Source: an uncultured delta proteobacterium
GTDB lineage: Bacteria; Myxococcota_A; Polyangia; Polyangiales; Polyangiaceae
Assembly (NCBI GenBank): GCA_963806225.1
Contig: CAWDXG010000004.1
Coordinates: forward strand, 5,312,001-5,376,000
DNA length: 64,000 nucleotides
Direction of reading: 5' to 3'
Shown here: piece by piece, positions 19,594 to 28,985 of the stretch
Position numbering within the stretch: position 1 is the stretch's first letter
Layout of the letters: each line of letters opens with the position of its first letter
Program-made: the position numbers and the translations under genes
The notes under the pieces: generated by a model
What the model was told of the DNA's origin: nothing
Seen by the model: only the letters and a program-made list of their open reading frames with translations
Database searches by the model: none

Positions 19594-21870
19594 ATGCGCG
19601 CCGAGCACGTCACGCGGCGCTCCTTCCTTGCCGCTCTGAACCTGACGGTGGGCGGCCTCGCCATCGGTCTGTTCGACGAGCCTGCGCTCGCCGCCGCGGC
19701 GAACACCACGAAGAAGGTGAAGGCGACCTTCAACCCGAACGTGTTCATCCACGTGGCGACCAGCGGCGAGGTGACGCTGGTCTGCGCCCGCTCGGAGATG
19801 GGGCAGGGCGTCAAGAGCTCCATCCCGGTGCTGTTCGCGGACGAGCTGGGTGCGGACATGCAGCACGTGCACGTGGTGCAGGCCGACGGCGACAAGGCCT
19901 ACGGCAACCAGAACACCGACGGGTCGTCCAGCATCCGCAATGGCCAGTACGAACGGCTCCGGCGCATCGCCGCGACAGCTCGTGCGGTGCTGGTCGCCGC
20001 GGCGGCGAAGAAGCTCCACGTGCCGGCCGCCTCGCTCACCGCGCGGGACCACAAGGTTCTTGACAAGAAGAGCGGCCGCTCCGTCGGCTTCGGCGAGCTT
20101 TCGGCGCTCGCGGCCAAGCTGCCGCTGCCGGATCCGGCGCGCGTCAAGCTGCGCCCCGACAAGGAGCTCGTGCACGTCGGCACTGCGCTACCGCTGCTCG
20201 ACGCGCCGGACTACGTCACGGGCAAGGCCGTGTACGCGGCCGATGTACGCCTGCCCGGGCTGCTGGTTGCGGTCATCGCGCGGCCGCCCGTGGTCGGTGC
20301 GCGGGTGTTGCACCTCGACGAAAAGCGCGCGCTGGCTGTTCCCGGCGTAAAACGCGTGGTCCGGATGCCTGCGCCGAGCCCGCCGTACAAGGTCCAGCCC
20401 TGGGGCGGCGTCGCCGTGCTGGCCGACAACACCTGGGCGGCGCAGCGGGGGCGCGCGGCGCTTTCCATCGACTGGGGCCCGAGCGAGAACGACTCCTTCG
20501 ACTCGGCGAGTTACGAAAAGGAGCTGCTGCGCGCCGTGCGCGCGCCCGGCAAGGTGCTCAAGCAGCGCGGCGACGCCGAGGCCGCGCTGAAGAGCGCGAA
20601 ATCGACGCTCGACGCCGAGTACTACGTGCCGCACCTGCCACACGCGCCCATGGAGCCGCCCTGCGCGACCGCGCATTACAAAGGCGGGCAGCTCGAGATC
20701 TGGACCAGCACGCAGAACCCGCAGGGCGCCCGCGCCGAGGCAGCGCGCATTGCGGGCCTATCGGGAGACGACGTGATCGTGCACGTGACGCTGCTCGGCG
20801 GCGCGTTCGGTCGCAAGTCGATGGCCGACTTCGTCGCCGAGGCGGCCTATCTCGCCAAGCAGGCGGGCGCCCCGGTGCGGGTGCAGTGGACGCGCCAGGA
20901 CGACATCCAGCACGACTACTACAACACCGTGAACATGCAGCGGCTGAGCGCCGGCTTCGACGACCAGGGCAAGGTCGTGGCCTGGCGGCGGCGCACGGCG
21001 TTCCCGCCCATCCGCTCGATCTTCGTCACCGGCGCGGACACGCCCGAGGCCGGCGATCTGCAGCAGGGCGTGACCGACCTCGCACTGGACGTGCCGAACG
21101 CCACCGCCGAGGGCTGCTCCGCGAAGGCGCACGTGCGCATCGGCTGGCTGCGCAGCGTGTACAATATCTTCCACGGCTTCGCGACGGGCGTGTTCATGGA
21201 CGAGATCGCACACGCGCGGAAGCTCGATCCTCGCGACAACCTGCTCGAGCTGATCGGCCCCGCGCGAAAAGTCTCGCTTGCCGAGCTCGGCGTGCAGAGC
21301 CTCCACAACTACGGCGCGTCCCTCGTCGAGCACCCGGTGGATGCCGGTCGCCTGCGCGGCGTGATCGAGCGCGTGACCGACGCCTGCGACTGGAAGGACC
21401 GGAAGAAGAACGGTCGCGCCATCGGCATCGCGGCGCACCGCAGCTTCCTCGCGTATGTGGCGGTGGCAGTCTCGCTCGAGCGGGAGAAGAACGGCCGCGT
21501 GCGGCCCGCCGAGGTCTGGGTGACGCTCGACGCCGGCAAGGTGGTCAATCTCGATCGCGCGCGCTCGCAGATGGAGGGTGCGGCCGTCTTCGGTCTGAAC
21601 CTCGCGCTCTACGGCGGGGTGACGTTCAAGAACGGGCGCGCCCAGCAGTCGAACTTCCACGACCTGCGCCTCCTGCGCATCGCCGACGCGCCGCGCGCCA
21701 TCCACGTCGAGGTCGTCCGGAGCGACCTGCCCCCGAGCGGCATCGGAGAGCCTGGGGTACCGCCCGTCGCGCCGGCGCTCTCCAACGCCTATTTCGCGCT
21801 GACCGGAAAGCGCCTGCGCGAGCTGCCCATGAGCGCCCATTTCGGGCTGGGCAGTGGCTTCGGGCCCTGA
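19594..21870 (+). CDS. Xanthine dehydrogenase-family molybdopterin large subunit, IorB type, Tat-exported
   Basis: Tat motif TRRSFL; SEMGQG, HAPMEP, LGGAFGRK, GWLRSV, GIGEPGVPP. Confidence 0.93.
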   Translation: MRAEHVTRRSFLAALNLTVGGLAIGLFDEPALAAAANTTKKVKATFNPNVFIHVATSGEVTLVCARSEMGQGVKSSIPVLFADELGADMQHVHVVQADGDKAYGNQNTDGSSSIRNGQYERLRRIAATARAVLVAAAAKKLHVPAASLTARDHKVLDKKSGRSVGFGELSALAAKLPLPDPARVKLRPDKELVHVGTALPLLDAPDYVTGKAVYAADVRLPGLLVAVIARPPVVGARVLHLDEKRALAVPGVKRVVRMPAPSPPYKVQPWGGVAVLADNTWAAQRGRAALSIDWGPSENDSFDSASYEKELLRAVRAPGKVLKQRGDAEAALKSAKSTLDAEYYVPHLPHAPMEPPCATAHYKGGQLEIWTSTQNPQGARAEAARIAGLSGDDVIVHVTLLGGAFGRKSMADFVAEAAYLAKQAGAPVRVQWTRQDDIQHDYYNTVNMQRLSAGFDDQGKVVAWRRRTAFPPIRSIFVTGADTPEAGDLQQGVTDLALDVPNATAEGCSAKAHVRIGWLRSVYNIFHGFATGVFMDEIAHARKLDPRDNLLELIGPARKVSLAELGVQSLHNYGASLVEHPVDAGRLRGVIERVTDACDWKDRKKNGRAIGIAAHRSFLAYVAVAVSLEREKNGRVRPAEVWVTLDAGKVVNLDRARSQMEGAAVFGLNLALYGGVTFKNGRAQQSNFHDLRLLRIADAPRAIHVEVVRSDLPPSGIGEPGVPPVAPALSNAYFALTGKRLRELPMSAHFGLGSGFGP

Positions 21871-21881
21871 TGTTGGTCAAC

Positions 21882-21895
21882 ATGACGAATGTCAA
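21882..21895. promoter_or_regulatory. FNR/CRP-family box candidate
   Basis: ATGAC-GAAT-GTCAA, one mismatch from TTGAC-N4-GTCAA, ~65 nt upstream of the radical SAM/SPASM gene. Confidence 0.5.
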
Positions 21896-21958
21896 TCGAG
21901 GGTCCCCGCGACCCCCTGGATCCGTAGCGTTTCCGGCCCCACGTAGTAGACAACTGTC

Positions 21959-23062
21959 ATGCAGATCGCCCCCGCCGACCTCCTCCGCACGCCGCACGCC
22001 GGGCACGAGTACGCCCAGGCGCCGCGCAACGTGTACTGGGAAATGACCATCGCCTGCGACCTGGCGTGCCGACACTGCCGGGCCAACGCCATCGCAACGC
22101 GGGACCCGATGGAGCTTTCCACCGAGCAGGCCAAGGCCCTGATCCGGGGCATCAAGGAGCTCGGCAGCATGCTGATCATGACGGGCGGCGACCCGATGAA
22201 GCGCGCCGACCTGTTCGAGCTGATCGACTACGCGCGCTCGCTGCACGTGCCCGTCGGCATCACGCCGGCCACCACTCCGCTGCTCACGCGCGAGGCCATC
22301 CACGCCTTCCACGACCACGGCGTTGCGGCGCTCGGCATCAGCATCGACGGCGGCACCACGAAGACCCACGACGACTTCCGCGGCGTGCACGGCACGCTGG
22401 ATCGCGCCTTTTCGGCGCTGGAGTGGGCGCGTGAGGTGATGCTGCCGGTGCAGATCAACACTGCCGTCACGCGCCAGACGCTGCCCGAGCTGCCGCACCT
22501 GTTCGAGCGGCTGAAGAAGGAAGCGTACCCGCCCGTCAAGCGCTGGAGCCTGTTCCTGCTCGTGCCGACAGGGCGCGGCGCGATTGCCGACATGCCCACG
22601 CCCGAGCAGGTCGAGGAGCTGTTCGAGTGGAGCTACAAGACGGCGAAGGAAGCCCCCTTCCACGTCGGCACCGTGGAAGCGCCGCAGTATCGTCGCTTCC
22701 TCATCCAGCAGAAGGTCCGCGAGGGCATGACGGTGGAAGCGCTGCTCAAGGACGGCAAGCGCAACGGCTTTGGCGTGCGCGACGGCAACGGCGTCATCTT
22801 CGTCTCGTTCAAAGGCGAGGTGTACCCGGCGGGCTTCTTGCCCGATCCGCTGCTCGGCAACGTGAAGGAAGCGTCGCTGCCGGACATCTACCGCAACTCG
22901 CCGGCGCTGCAGCGGCTGCGTGACATGGATCAGCTCGGCGGCAAGTGCGGCCAGTGCGAATACCGCTGGGTGTGCGGTGGCTCGCGCGCCCGCGCCTTCG
23001 GCATGACCGGCGACGCCATGGCCGCCGATCCGGCGTGCCTGTACGAGCCGGCCGTCGCGTAG
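21959..23062 (+). CDS. Radical SAM/SPASM protein, AhbD/NirJ-like (heme-related; TIGR04053-like)
   Basis: VYWEMTIACDLACRHCRA, TGGDP, LVPTGRG; SPASM-type GKCGQCEYRWVCGGSRARA..DPAC. Confidence 0.85.
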   Translation: MQIAPADLLRTPHAGHEYAQAPRNVYWEMTIACDLACRHCRANAIATRDPMELSTEQAKALIRGIKELGSMLIMTGGDPMKRADLFELIDYARSLHVPVGITPATTPLLTREAIHAFHDHGVAALGISIDGGTTKTHDDFRGVHGTLDRAFSALEWAREVMLPVQINTAVTRQTLPELPHLFERLKKEAYPPVKRWSLFLLVPTGRGAIADMPTPEQVEELFEWSYKTAKEAPFHVGTVEAPQYRRFLIQQKVREGMTVEALLKDGKRNGFGVRDGNGVIFVSFKGEVYPAGFLPDPLLGNVKEASLPDIYRNSPALQRLRDMDQLGGKCGQCEYRWVCGGSRARAFGMTGDAMAADPACLYEPAVA

Positions 23063-23077
23063 CGGCCTTCTGCGGGG

Positions 23078-23377
23078 CTACTGCGTCGCGCCGCAGAACA
23101 TCGGCGAGCCGGAGCAGCCCGAGAAGCACTTGTAGCCGGCGCCCAGCGACGCGCAGTCGCCGTCGGTCGTGCAGGTCTTCGAGCAGGCCTTGCTCTTCTG
23201 GTCGCAGCCGCCGTCCGCGAACGTGGCGAGCGGAATGCAGGTCAGCCCGTTGCTGCAGTCGGAGTTCTGGCTGCACCGCGTGCTGGCTGCACCCGGCGAC
23301 GAGGAGCTGCAGGCCGACGACAGCGCCAGCAGCACGAGGAACACCGGAAGCAGGACTCGAGTCACGCGTCGAAGCAT
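23078..23377 (-). CDS. Small Cys-rich lipoprotein
   Basis: MLRRVTRVLLPVFLVLLALSSAC lipoprotein signal, then 10 further Cys in C-x5-C-x5/8-C units. Confidence 0.8.
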   Translation of the reverse strand: MLRRVTRVLLPVFLVLLALSSACSSSSPGAASTRCSQNSDCSNGLTCIPLATFADGGCDQKSKACSKTCTTDGDCASLGAGYKCFSGCSGSPMFCGATQ

Positions 23378-23467
23378 GCTCGCCAACATAGTCGAGCGAG
23401 CAGGCGACGGGCAATCCGGTGCTGGTGGGCGCTGGGAAGGCTTCTCCCGGGGGTATACGTTGCGCGC

Positions 23468-23794
23468 ATGGAACCCGATCCCGAACCGCTTCTGGTCCGC
23501 ATCGAACGCTCTCCGCACCGCTGGCGCACCGCCGCGCTGGCCACGTGGCTTCTCGTGTTCGCCGCCGCGGCCTGCGACGCCAGCGGCAACTTCGAGCAGC
23601 TCGGCGAGCTCGTTGTGACGAACAAGGCAACGGTCGGCCCAGAGAAGGGCGGGACGAACACTACGCTCACGGCGGCCCGCATCGTGCTCCGCGACTCGTC
23701 GGGGCGACAGCTCGTTGTCACGCCGGACGGCGTCAGCGCACTCGACGCTCACGGCAAGCGCGTCGGGGCGCTCGCGCCGGCGACGAGGAAATAG
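23468..23794 (+). CDS. Putative small lipoprotein
   Basis: Hydrophobic stretch ending FAAAAC, followed by a beta-rich region. Confidence 0.55.
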   Translation: MEPDPEPLLVRIERSPHRWRTAALATWLLVFAAAACDASGNFEQLGELVVTNKATVGPEKGGTNTTLTAARIVLRDSSGRQLVVTPDGVSALDAHGKRVGALAPATRK

Positions 23795-23888
23795 GCCGCA
23801 CGCGCCGCAGCGGCGCTACGTGCGGCGTCGAGGAGTGGCGGCGACCTGCTCCGTCCGCGTTCGCCATCCCTCGAGCCCCCGCTGAGCG

Positions 23889-23922
23889 TAGCAAAATGCC
23901 ACAAATGTGTAGCATTTTGCTA
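23889..23922. repeat. 34-bp AT-rich inverted repeat (13-8-13)
   Basis: TAGCAAAATGCCA-CAAATGTG-TAGCATTTTGCTA; arms 12/13 complementary; lies between convergent genes. Confidence 0.85.
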
Positions 23923-23933
23923 TAAAACCGCCC

Positions 23934-24317
23934 CTATAGCTTGCTCGCGAGCTTGCCCGCGCGGGTGCGCGCGTCGGCGACGATCGACTTCGCCTCGTCG
24001 GCGGAGAAGCCGAGCAGACCCACCAGCTTGTCGAGCAGCTTCTGCTCGGCTTTGGTCTGCTTGCCGTCGGCGTGCGTGAGCAGCGCGGCGTTGGCGAGCA
24101 GCAGGCGCTTGCCCTCGTCGTCGAGCTCGCCCAGTGGCGCCTCGTCGAGCGGGCGCTTCTTCTTCGCGTATTCGCGGATCTCCGCGTCGTCCTCGTCGCT
24201 GGCGTCGAACGCCCAGCAGAGCCCGTCGATGATGCCCTGCTCGGGCTCCTTCACGGTGCCGTCCGCCCACGCGACCGCCACCAACGACTTCACGATGTTC
24301 TTCTCACCCGGCGTCAT
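23934..24317 (-). CDS. TerB family (tellurite-resistance-like) protein
   Basis: VAVAWADGTVKEPE and LTHADGKQTKAE duplicated ADG..E motifs. Confidence 0.8.
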   Translation of the reverse strand: MTPGEKNIVKSLVAVAWADGTVKEPEQGIIDGLCWAFDASDEDDAEIREYAKKKRPLDEAPLGELDDEGKRLLLANAALLTHADGKQTKAEQKLLDKLVGLLGFSADEAKSIVADARTRAGKLASKL

Positions 24318-24395
24318 GGCGGGAACCATAGCGCAAAGCGGGGTGAGCGTGCGCCTCGTCAAGCGGCGTCGCCCGGAGCCCCCGGATCGGGCCGA

Positions 24396-25175
24396 TCAGC
24401 GCGTTACCGCGATCCACGTGAAGGTCGCGTCGGTGCCGTCCGCCAGGCGCAGTGGGAGGTCGATCTGGACGTGGTACCTGCCCGGTGGGAGCGGTTTCCC
24501 TTGCCGGGTGGCCCGCCACACAACCGAGGCGACCGCGCGAGCCGACGGGTCCAGTGCGAAGCGAACCCAAGTGGGCGGTACCTCGGCGCCGACAAGGCCG
24601 CCCTCCCGCGCTTCATCGTCGGCCGGCGGCGGCCAGGGCGCTTTCGAGGTGCTCGCCGCGAATCCCCATGTGGGATGAACGCCCGTCGGCGGCCGCGGCC
24701 CGCCCAGCCCGCCCAATGCATCCCCGCCAACGGCTTCGAGCGTGATGTCCGCGCGAGCGGTTCCGCGGTTCTCGAACACGATGTGGATCACGGCGACGTG
24801 TCCGCTCGACACGCCGTGCGGCGCTTCGACGCTCAGGGTCACGCGGCCCGGCAGCTGGGGCGGCAGCGCGCGGTCGTTCGGCTTGACCTGACACGCCTTG
24901 GTGTCGAGTACGGCACCCAGGTCCAGCGGCGCCGCGCTGCTCCCCCGACACCTAGCGGCGATGCGTGTGCTCGCTTCGGCGGAAGCGTCGGCGCGCGCGT
25001 CGGTCGGGACGGCCGCTGCTGCGTCCGACCGCGCGCTCGACGGGGGAGACGGAGCCCGTGCGGATGCTTGCGGCGGAGGCCGCTGCGGCGGATTCGCTAC
25101 CTGAGCGTGGGCGCACGCGGCGCCGGCCAACGCAAGGACAACCCAGAGCCACTGCCGCCGGTGCATGGCCGTCAT
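24396..25175 (-). CDS. Hypothetical exported/lipoprotein
   Basis: MTAMHRRQWLWVVLALAGAAC signal; Pro/Ala linker; Ig-like beta C-terminus (LPPGRYHVQIDLP). Confidence 0.6.
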   Translation of the reverse strand: MTAMHRRQWLWVVLALAGAACAHAQVANPPQRPPPQASARAPSPPSSARSDAAAAVPTDARADASAEASTRIAARCRGSSAAPLDLGAVLDTKACQVKPNDRALPPQLPGRVTLSVEAPHGVSSGHVAVIHIVFENRGTARADITLEAVGGDALGGLGGPRPPTGVHPTWGFAASTSKAPWPPPADDEAREGGLVGAEVPPTWVRFALDPSARAVASVVWRATRQGKPLPPGRYHVQIDLPLRLADGTDATFTWIAVTR

Positions 25176-25332
25176 CAGAGGAGCCACACACCCGCGGGAT
25201 TGGCCGCGCTCCGCGCCACATCGGCAATCCCGACAGTGGGGAGCCCTGACTCCCCCTTGGCCCGTGCTCTTTCGATCGGGCGCACCCAACCAGGTACCAG
25301 AGCAGGCGCGCCCCGCCCGTCGCCGCAGCCCG

Positions 25333-28116
25333 CTAGTCATCGTCGGGGTCCATCCGAGGCAGACGCACGCCCGCGCGCTTGGCGGCGAGGCGCGCTTCGA
25401 CCTGGAGCTCGAGCTCGGGCGGCAGCTTCGTGAGCTGCTTGCCGCGCATCCAGCGCATGACCTGGGCGGAGAGGCCGGGTTGCGAGTCGGGCTCGGAGAA
25501 GTCCCAGGAGCTGGTGAGCCGGCGCTCGGCGCGCGTGGACTTGCCGCCGCAGGTGAGCGGCCACTGGCGCGGTGTGTAGGTGTACGGCGTGTAGTCGGGC
25601 GTGGAGGTGAACATGTCGAGCGGCAGCGCGGCGTTGGCGACCTGGTAGTTCGGGTACGGCTTGCCGAAGAGGTGCGCGAACAGCTTGTGCAGGCTCGCGA
25701 TGTCGAGGTGCTGGTGCGAGACGTAGCCGCGCTTGATCCACGGCGAGATCATCACCAGCGGCGTGCGGTGGCTGTCGATGTGGTCGCTGCCGTCGAGCGG
25801 ATCGTCCTCCGTCACGATGATCAGCGACTCCTTCCACAGCGGGCTGTGCGAGACGGCGTCGACGATCATGCCCGTCGCTTCGTCGTTGACCGCGCAGTTC
25901 GTCTCCGGCGTAGGCGAGTCCGGCGACAGTCCGAAGGTGTGATCGTTCGTGATCGTCATGTACGACAGCTGCCCGACATCGCACAGCACCCGCACGCGGC
26001 CGGCCACGTGGCAGGCCTTTTCCACGTCGTTGTAGCCGATGTTCTGGAACGGTCCGCCGGGGTACTTCAGGTCGACCGGATTGCGCGCCGGCAGCTTTTC
26101 CGGGCGCCCGACGATCTCGCCCATGATGTCGTAGTCGACGCCTTCGTTGCCGAGCCAGTCGAAGAGCGAGCCTTCCTCGGGGCGCCCCACGTCGATGACG
26201 CCGCCGCCGGGGACGGAGCGCGCATCGCCGTTCGACACGGCCCAGGTGCGCTCGTTGAAATCGTTGCTGCGACCGTAGGTGGCCCACACGTGCCCCTGCG
26301 TCGATTGCACCGCGGAGGTGTAGTAGTTGTCGCTGACCGTGAACGCGCGGGCGAGCGCGCGCATGTTGTGCCAGATGCTCTCCATGTCGGAGGAGCTCTT
26401 CTTGAGCGTGAGCTTCGGGTCGCCTTCCACACCGTTCATGTCGCCGAAGATGGCATCGAAGTCCTTGTTCTCGCGCAGGATGAAGAACACGTGCTTGATG
26501 ACCGGCGAAGGGCCGTCGTTGATGTTTGTCGGCACGGGAAAATCGTTCGCACCCGCAGGGCACGACACGGCCGGCGTCCCCGGGAGTGCGGCCACGTCGT
26601 TGTTCTTCGTGACGACCTTCTCGCCCGCCGAGAGCGCCGCGCTGTCCGGCGCGGGAATATGCTGGATGCCGCCGCGGACGAGATCGCTGATGGCGCCGTG
26701 TCCGGGCGGGTAGGGCACGTTGCCCGGCCCCGTGCCGCGCGCCCGCATGCCGGCGACGGCGAGCGAGCCGTCGGTCATCACTGCGATGCCCGACGGCCAC
26801 CACTGGGTAGGCAGCCTGCCGGCCGGCGTGATCGCGGGCGGCGACTTCGAAAGGTCCACGTCGTAGGCCGCGACGGCGTTCATGCCGCTCAGGGTGACGT
26901 ACAGGCGCTTTGCGGCCGCGTCGTAGGCCAGCGCGGAGGGCTCGAGCCCCTTGAGCGTCTCGCCGCTGTCGACGGGCAGGGTCGTCGTTGTGCCGGCGAC
27001 GCGATCGATCAGCGTGAGCGAGTCGCCCAGGTCGTTGCCCACGGCCATCCAGCGGCTGTCGAAAAAGGCGATGCCCTCTGGATCCTTGCCGGTGTCGAAG
27101 GAGCGCGCGACCGAGGGCTTTGCCGGATCGGTCAGGTCGAGTTCGAGCACCTTCTTGTTGGCCCACATGGAGACATAGGCGTGATCGCTGTCGGCCGGGT
27201 CGAACCAGACGCCGAAGGTTTCCGGGTGGCCGAGGGCGACCGAGCCGAGCTGCTGCCCGAAGCTCGCCGAGCCCGCCTTCACGTCGAAGACGAGTGCGCG
27301 GCTCTGCACGACCGGCGTGACCACGAGCCGCGAGCCGTCGGGCGAGGCGGCGACGCCCGAGACGTACCAGGCGATGTCGTTGCCCTTGGAGTCCTTGGCT
27401 GTCGGCAGCTGCAGCGACCGCGTGTCGTCGCGCGTCAAGGTGCCGGCGTTGGTGTCGATGGTGAAGGCCTGCACCACGCCGTTGTCGGTGGCGACGTACG
27501 CGAGATCGGGCGGCACGAACGCCATGCCGCTGTTGAGGATGTCGGGGCGCGAGAAGCCGATGTAGTCGGTGACTGGGTTGCCGCTGCCGACCTTCGTCGT
27601 GTCGATGAGGCGGACGGCGTGGTTGCCGATGCCGGTGTCGACGGTCAGCACGTAGCTGGTCGACGGGACCTGGAGCAGGCCGGTCGTGATACCGCCGACA
27701 AGATCCTTCTCGTCGAACACCCAGTCCTGGCCTGCGGGGCGCACGCGGCGTCCGTCGGGGAGGATGGTCGTTTTCGCGTCGGCGGGGTCCGTCCCGGTGA
27801 ATTTCTTCGAGTCGCCCGTAGCGTCGGTGACGGTGCACTGGCCCTTCACTGCCTTGGGATACTTCCCGTTCCACGCCTCGCAGGTGTCGGCGTGGGGGAC
27901 GCCGGTCCGCCAGTCGCGCAGGTTCTGGCAGTCGTAGGGCTCGGTGTTCTCGCTGCAGCTCCCGGGCGGACAGTCGTAGGCGCAGGATTTCTCCACCTTC
28001 GAGAAGGTGTACGGGTCGACGTCGGGGCCATGTGCGGCCGGGCTCTGCTCGCCAGATCCACACGCGGACAAGCCGAAAAGTACAACCAGCGCGGCGGGGC
28101 CAAAGCGATAGAGCAT
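25333..28116 (-). CDS. Lipoprotein: Cys-rich N-terminus + YncE/YVTN beta-propeller + phosphoesterase (phospholipase C/alkaline phosphatase-like) domain
   Basis: LSAC lipobox; propeller repeats (ASPDGSRL, TGKDPEGIAF); IKHVFFILRENKDFD, NDHT, TEDDP..DH, ISPWIKRGYVS. Confidence 0.88.
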   Translation of the reverse strand: MLYRFGPAALVVLFGLSACGSGEQSPAAHGPDVDPYTFSKVEKSCAYDCPPGSCSENTEPYDCQNLRDWRTGVPHADTCEAWNGKYPKAVKGQCTVTDATGDSKKFTGTDPADAKTTILPDGRRVRPAGQDWVFDEKDLVGGITTGLLQVPSTSYVLTVDTGIGNHAVRLIDTTKVGSGNPVTDYIGFSRPDILNSGMAFVPPDLAYVATDNGVVQAFTIDTNAGTLTRDDTRSLQLPTAKDSKGNDIAWYVSGVAASPDGSRLVVTPVVQSRALVFDVKAGSASFGQQLGSVALGHPETFGVWFDPADSDHAYVSMWANKKVLELDLTDPAKPSVARSFDTGKDPEGIAFFDSRWMAVGNDLGDSLTLIDRVAGTTTTLPVDSGETLKGLEPSALAYDAAAKRLYVTLSGMNAVAAYDVDLSKSPPAITPAGRLPTQWWPSGIAVMTDGSLAVAGMRARGTGPGNVPYPPGHGAISDLVRGGIQHIPAPDSAALSAGEKVVTKNNDVAALPGTPAVSCPAGANDFPVPTNINDGPSPVIKHVFFILRENKDFDAIFGDMNGVEGDPKLTLKKSSSDMESIWHNMRALARAFTVSDNYYTSAVQSTQGHVWATYGRSNDFNERTWAVSNGDARSVPGGGVIDVGRPEEGSLFDWLGNEGVDYDIMGEIVGRPEKLPARNPVDLKYPGGPFQNIGYNDVEKACHVAGRVRVLCDVGQLSYMTITNDHTFGLSPDSPTPETNCAVNDEATGMIVDAVSHSPLWKESLIIVTEDDPLDGSDHIDSHRTPLVMISPWIKRGYVSHQHLDIASLHKLFAHLFGKPYPNYQVANAALPLDMFTSTPDYTPYTYTPRQWPLTCGGKSTRAERRLTSSWDFSEPDSQPGLSAQVMRWMRGKQLTKLPPELELQVEARLAAKRAGVRLPRMDPDDD

Positions 28117-28184
28117 CACCCGGGATTGTATCGTCGCACGACCGTAGAATCGAGGACGCCCCGTGACGTCCTCTGGAGACGCCG

Positions 28185-28985
28185 CTACGCCGGCTCCAGG
28201 CCACCCGGGATCTTCATCGGCCAGTTGGAGGCGATGGTGCCGCCGTCGATCTCGAGCACCTTGCCGGTGACCCACGAGGCGGCAGGCGAGGCGAGGTAGA
28301 GCACGGCCAGGGCGATGTCCTCCGGCGCGCCCAGGCGCTGCATCGGCGTCATCTGCTCCATCTGGCGCTTGAGATCGTCCATGGCGACGACCAGCTCGAG
28401 GGCGTCGGTCAGCGTCGCGCCGGCCGCGACGGCGTTGACGCGCACCTTCGGCGCCCACTCACAGGCGAGCAGCCGCGTCATGTGGTTCAGCGCGGCCTTG
28501 GCGGCGCCGTACGCCACGAAGCCGGAGTCGACCAGATGCGACATCGCCGACGAGACGTTGACGATGTTGCCGTGCTTCGACGCGGCCAGGTGCGGCGCCG
28601 CGACGCGCGCCAGGTGCAGCGGAGCGGTCACGTTGAAGTGATACGACGCTTCCAGCTCCTGATCAGTGAGGCCCAGGGCGATGGTCGGCGGGTAGCCGCC
28701 GGCGTTGTTGACCACGATGTCCAGGCGGCCGAGCTCGTCGAGCGTGCGCGAAACCAGCCGATCGAGCTGCTCGCCGTCGGTCACGTCCGTCGGGACGGCG
28801 AGCGCGCGGCGGCCCAGGGCGTGGACCGCGGCGGCGACCTCCTCGATCACCTCGGCGCGCCGCGCGGCCACGACCACGTCGGCTCCGGCTTCGGCGAAAG
28901 CAAGGCACACGGCGCGGCCGATGCCGCGTCCGCCGCCCGTTACGATGGCGACCTGGTCGGTGAGCTGGAAGCGTTCGAGGATCAT
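28185..28985 (-). CDS. SDR family oxidoreductase (7-alpha-HSDH/FabG-like)
   Basis: TGGGRGIG, VNNAG, YGAAK, TPMQRLG..EDIA, IDGG. Confidence 0.92.
   Translation of the reverse strand: MILERFQLTDQVAIVTGGGRGIGRAVCLAFAEAGADVVVAARRAEVIEEVAAAVHALGRRALAVPTDVTDGEQLDRLVSRTLDELGRLDIVVNNAGGYPPTIALGLTDQELEASYHFNVTAPLHLARVAAPHLAASKHGNIVNVSSAMSHLVDSGFVAYGAAKAALNHMTRLLACEWAPKVRVNAVAAGATLTDALELVVAMDDLKRQMEQMTPMQRLGAPEDIALAVLYLASPAASWVTGKVLEIDGGTIASNWPMKIPGGLEPA

Noticed and set aside
21959..23377. Radical SAM/SPASM plus Cys-rich small ORF as a ranthipeptide/sactipeptide cluster
   Set aside because: The genes are convergent, the small protein has a lipoprotein signal and a disulfide-type Cys pattern, and the enzyme looks AhbD/NirJ-like with no RRE.
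25165..28299. Very long antisense or alternate-frame ORFs (this 1044-aa one; also 10838-13078, 16381-18387, 48621-50627 and many others)
   Set aside because: Shadow frames typical of high-GC DNA: Arg/Ala/Pro-rich, no motifs, and overlapping well-supported genes.
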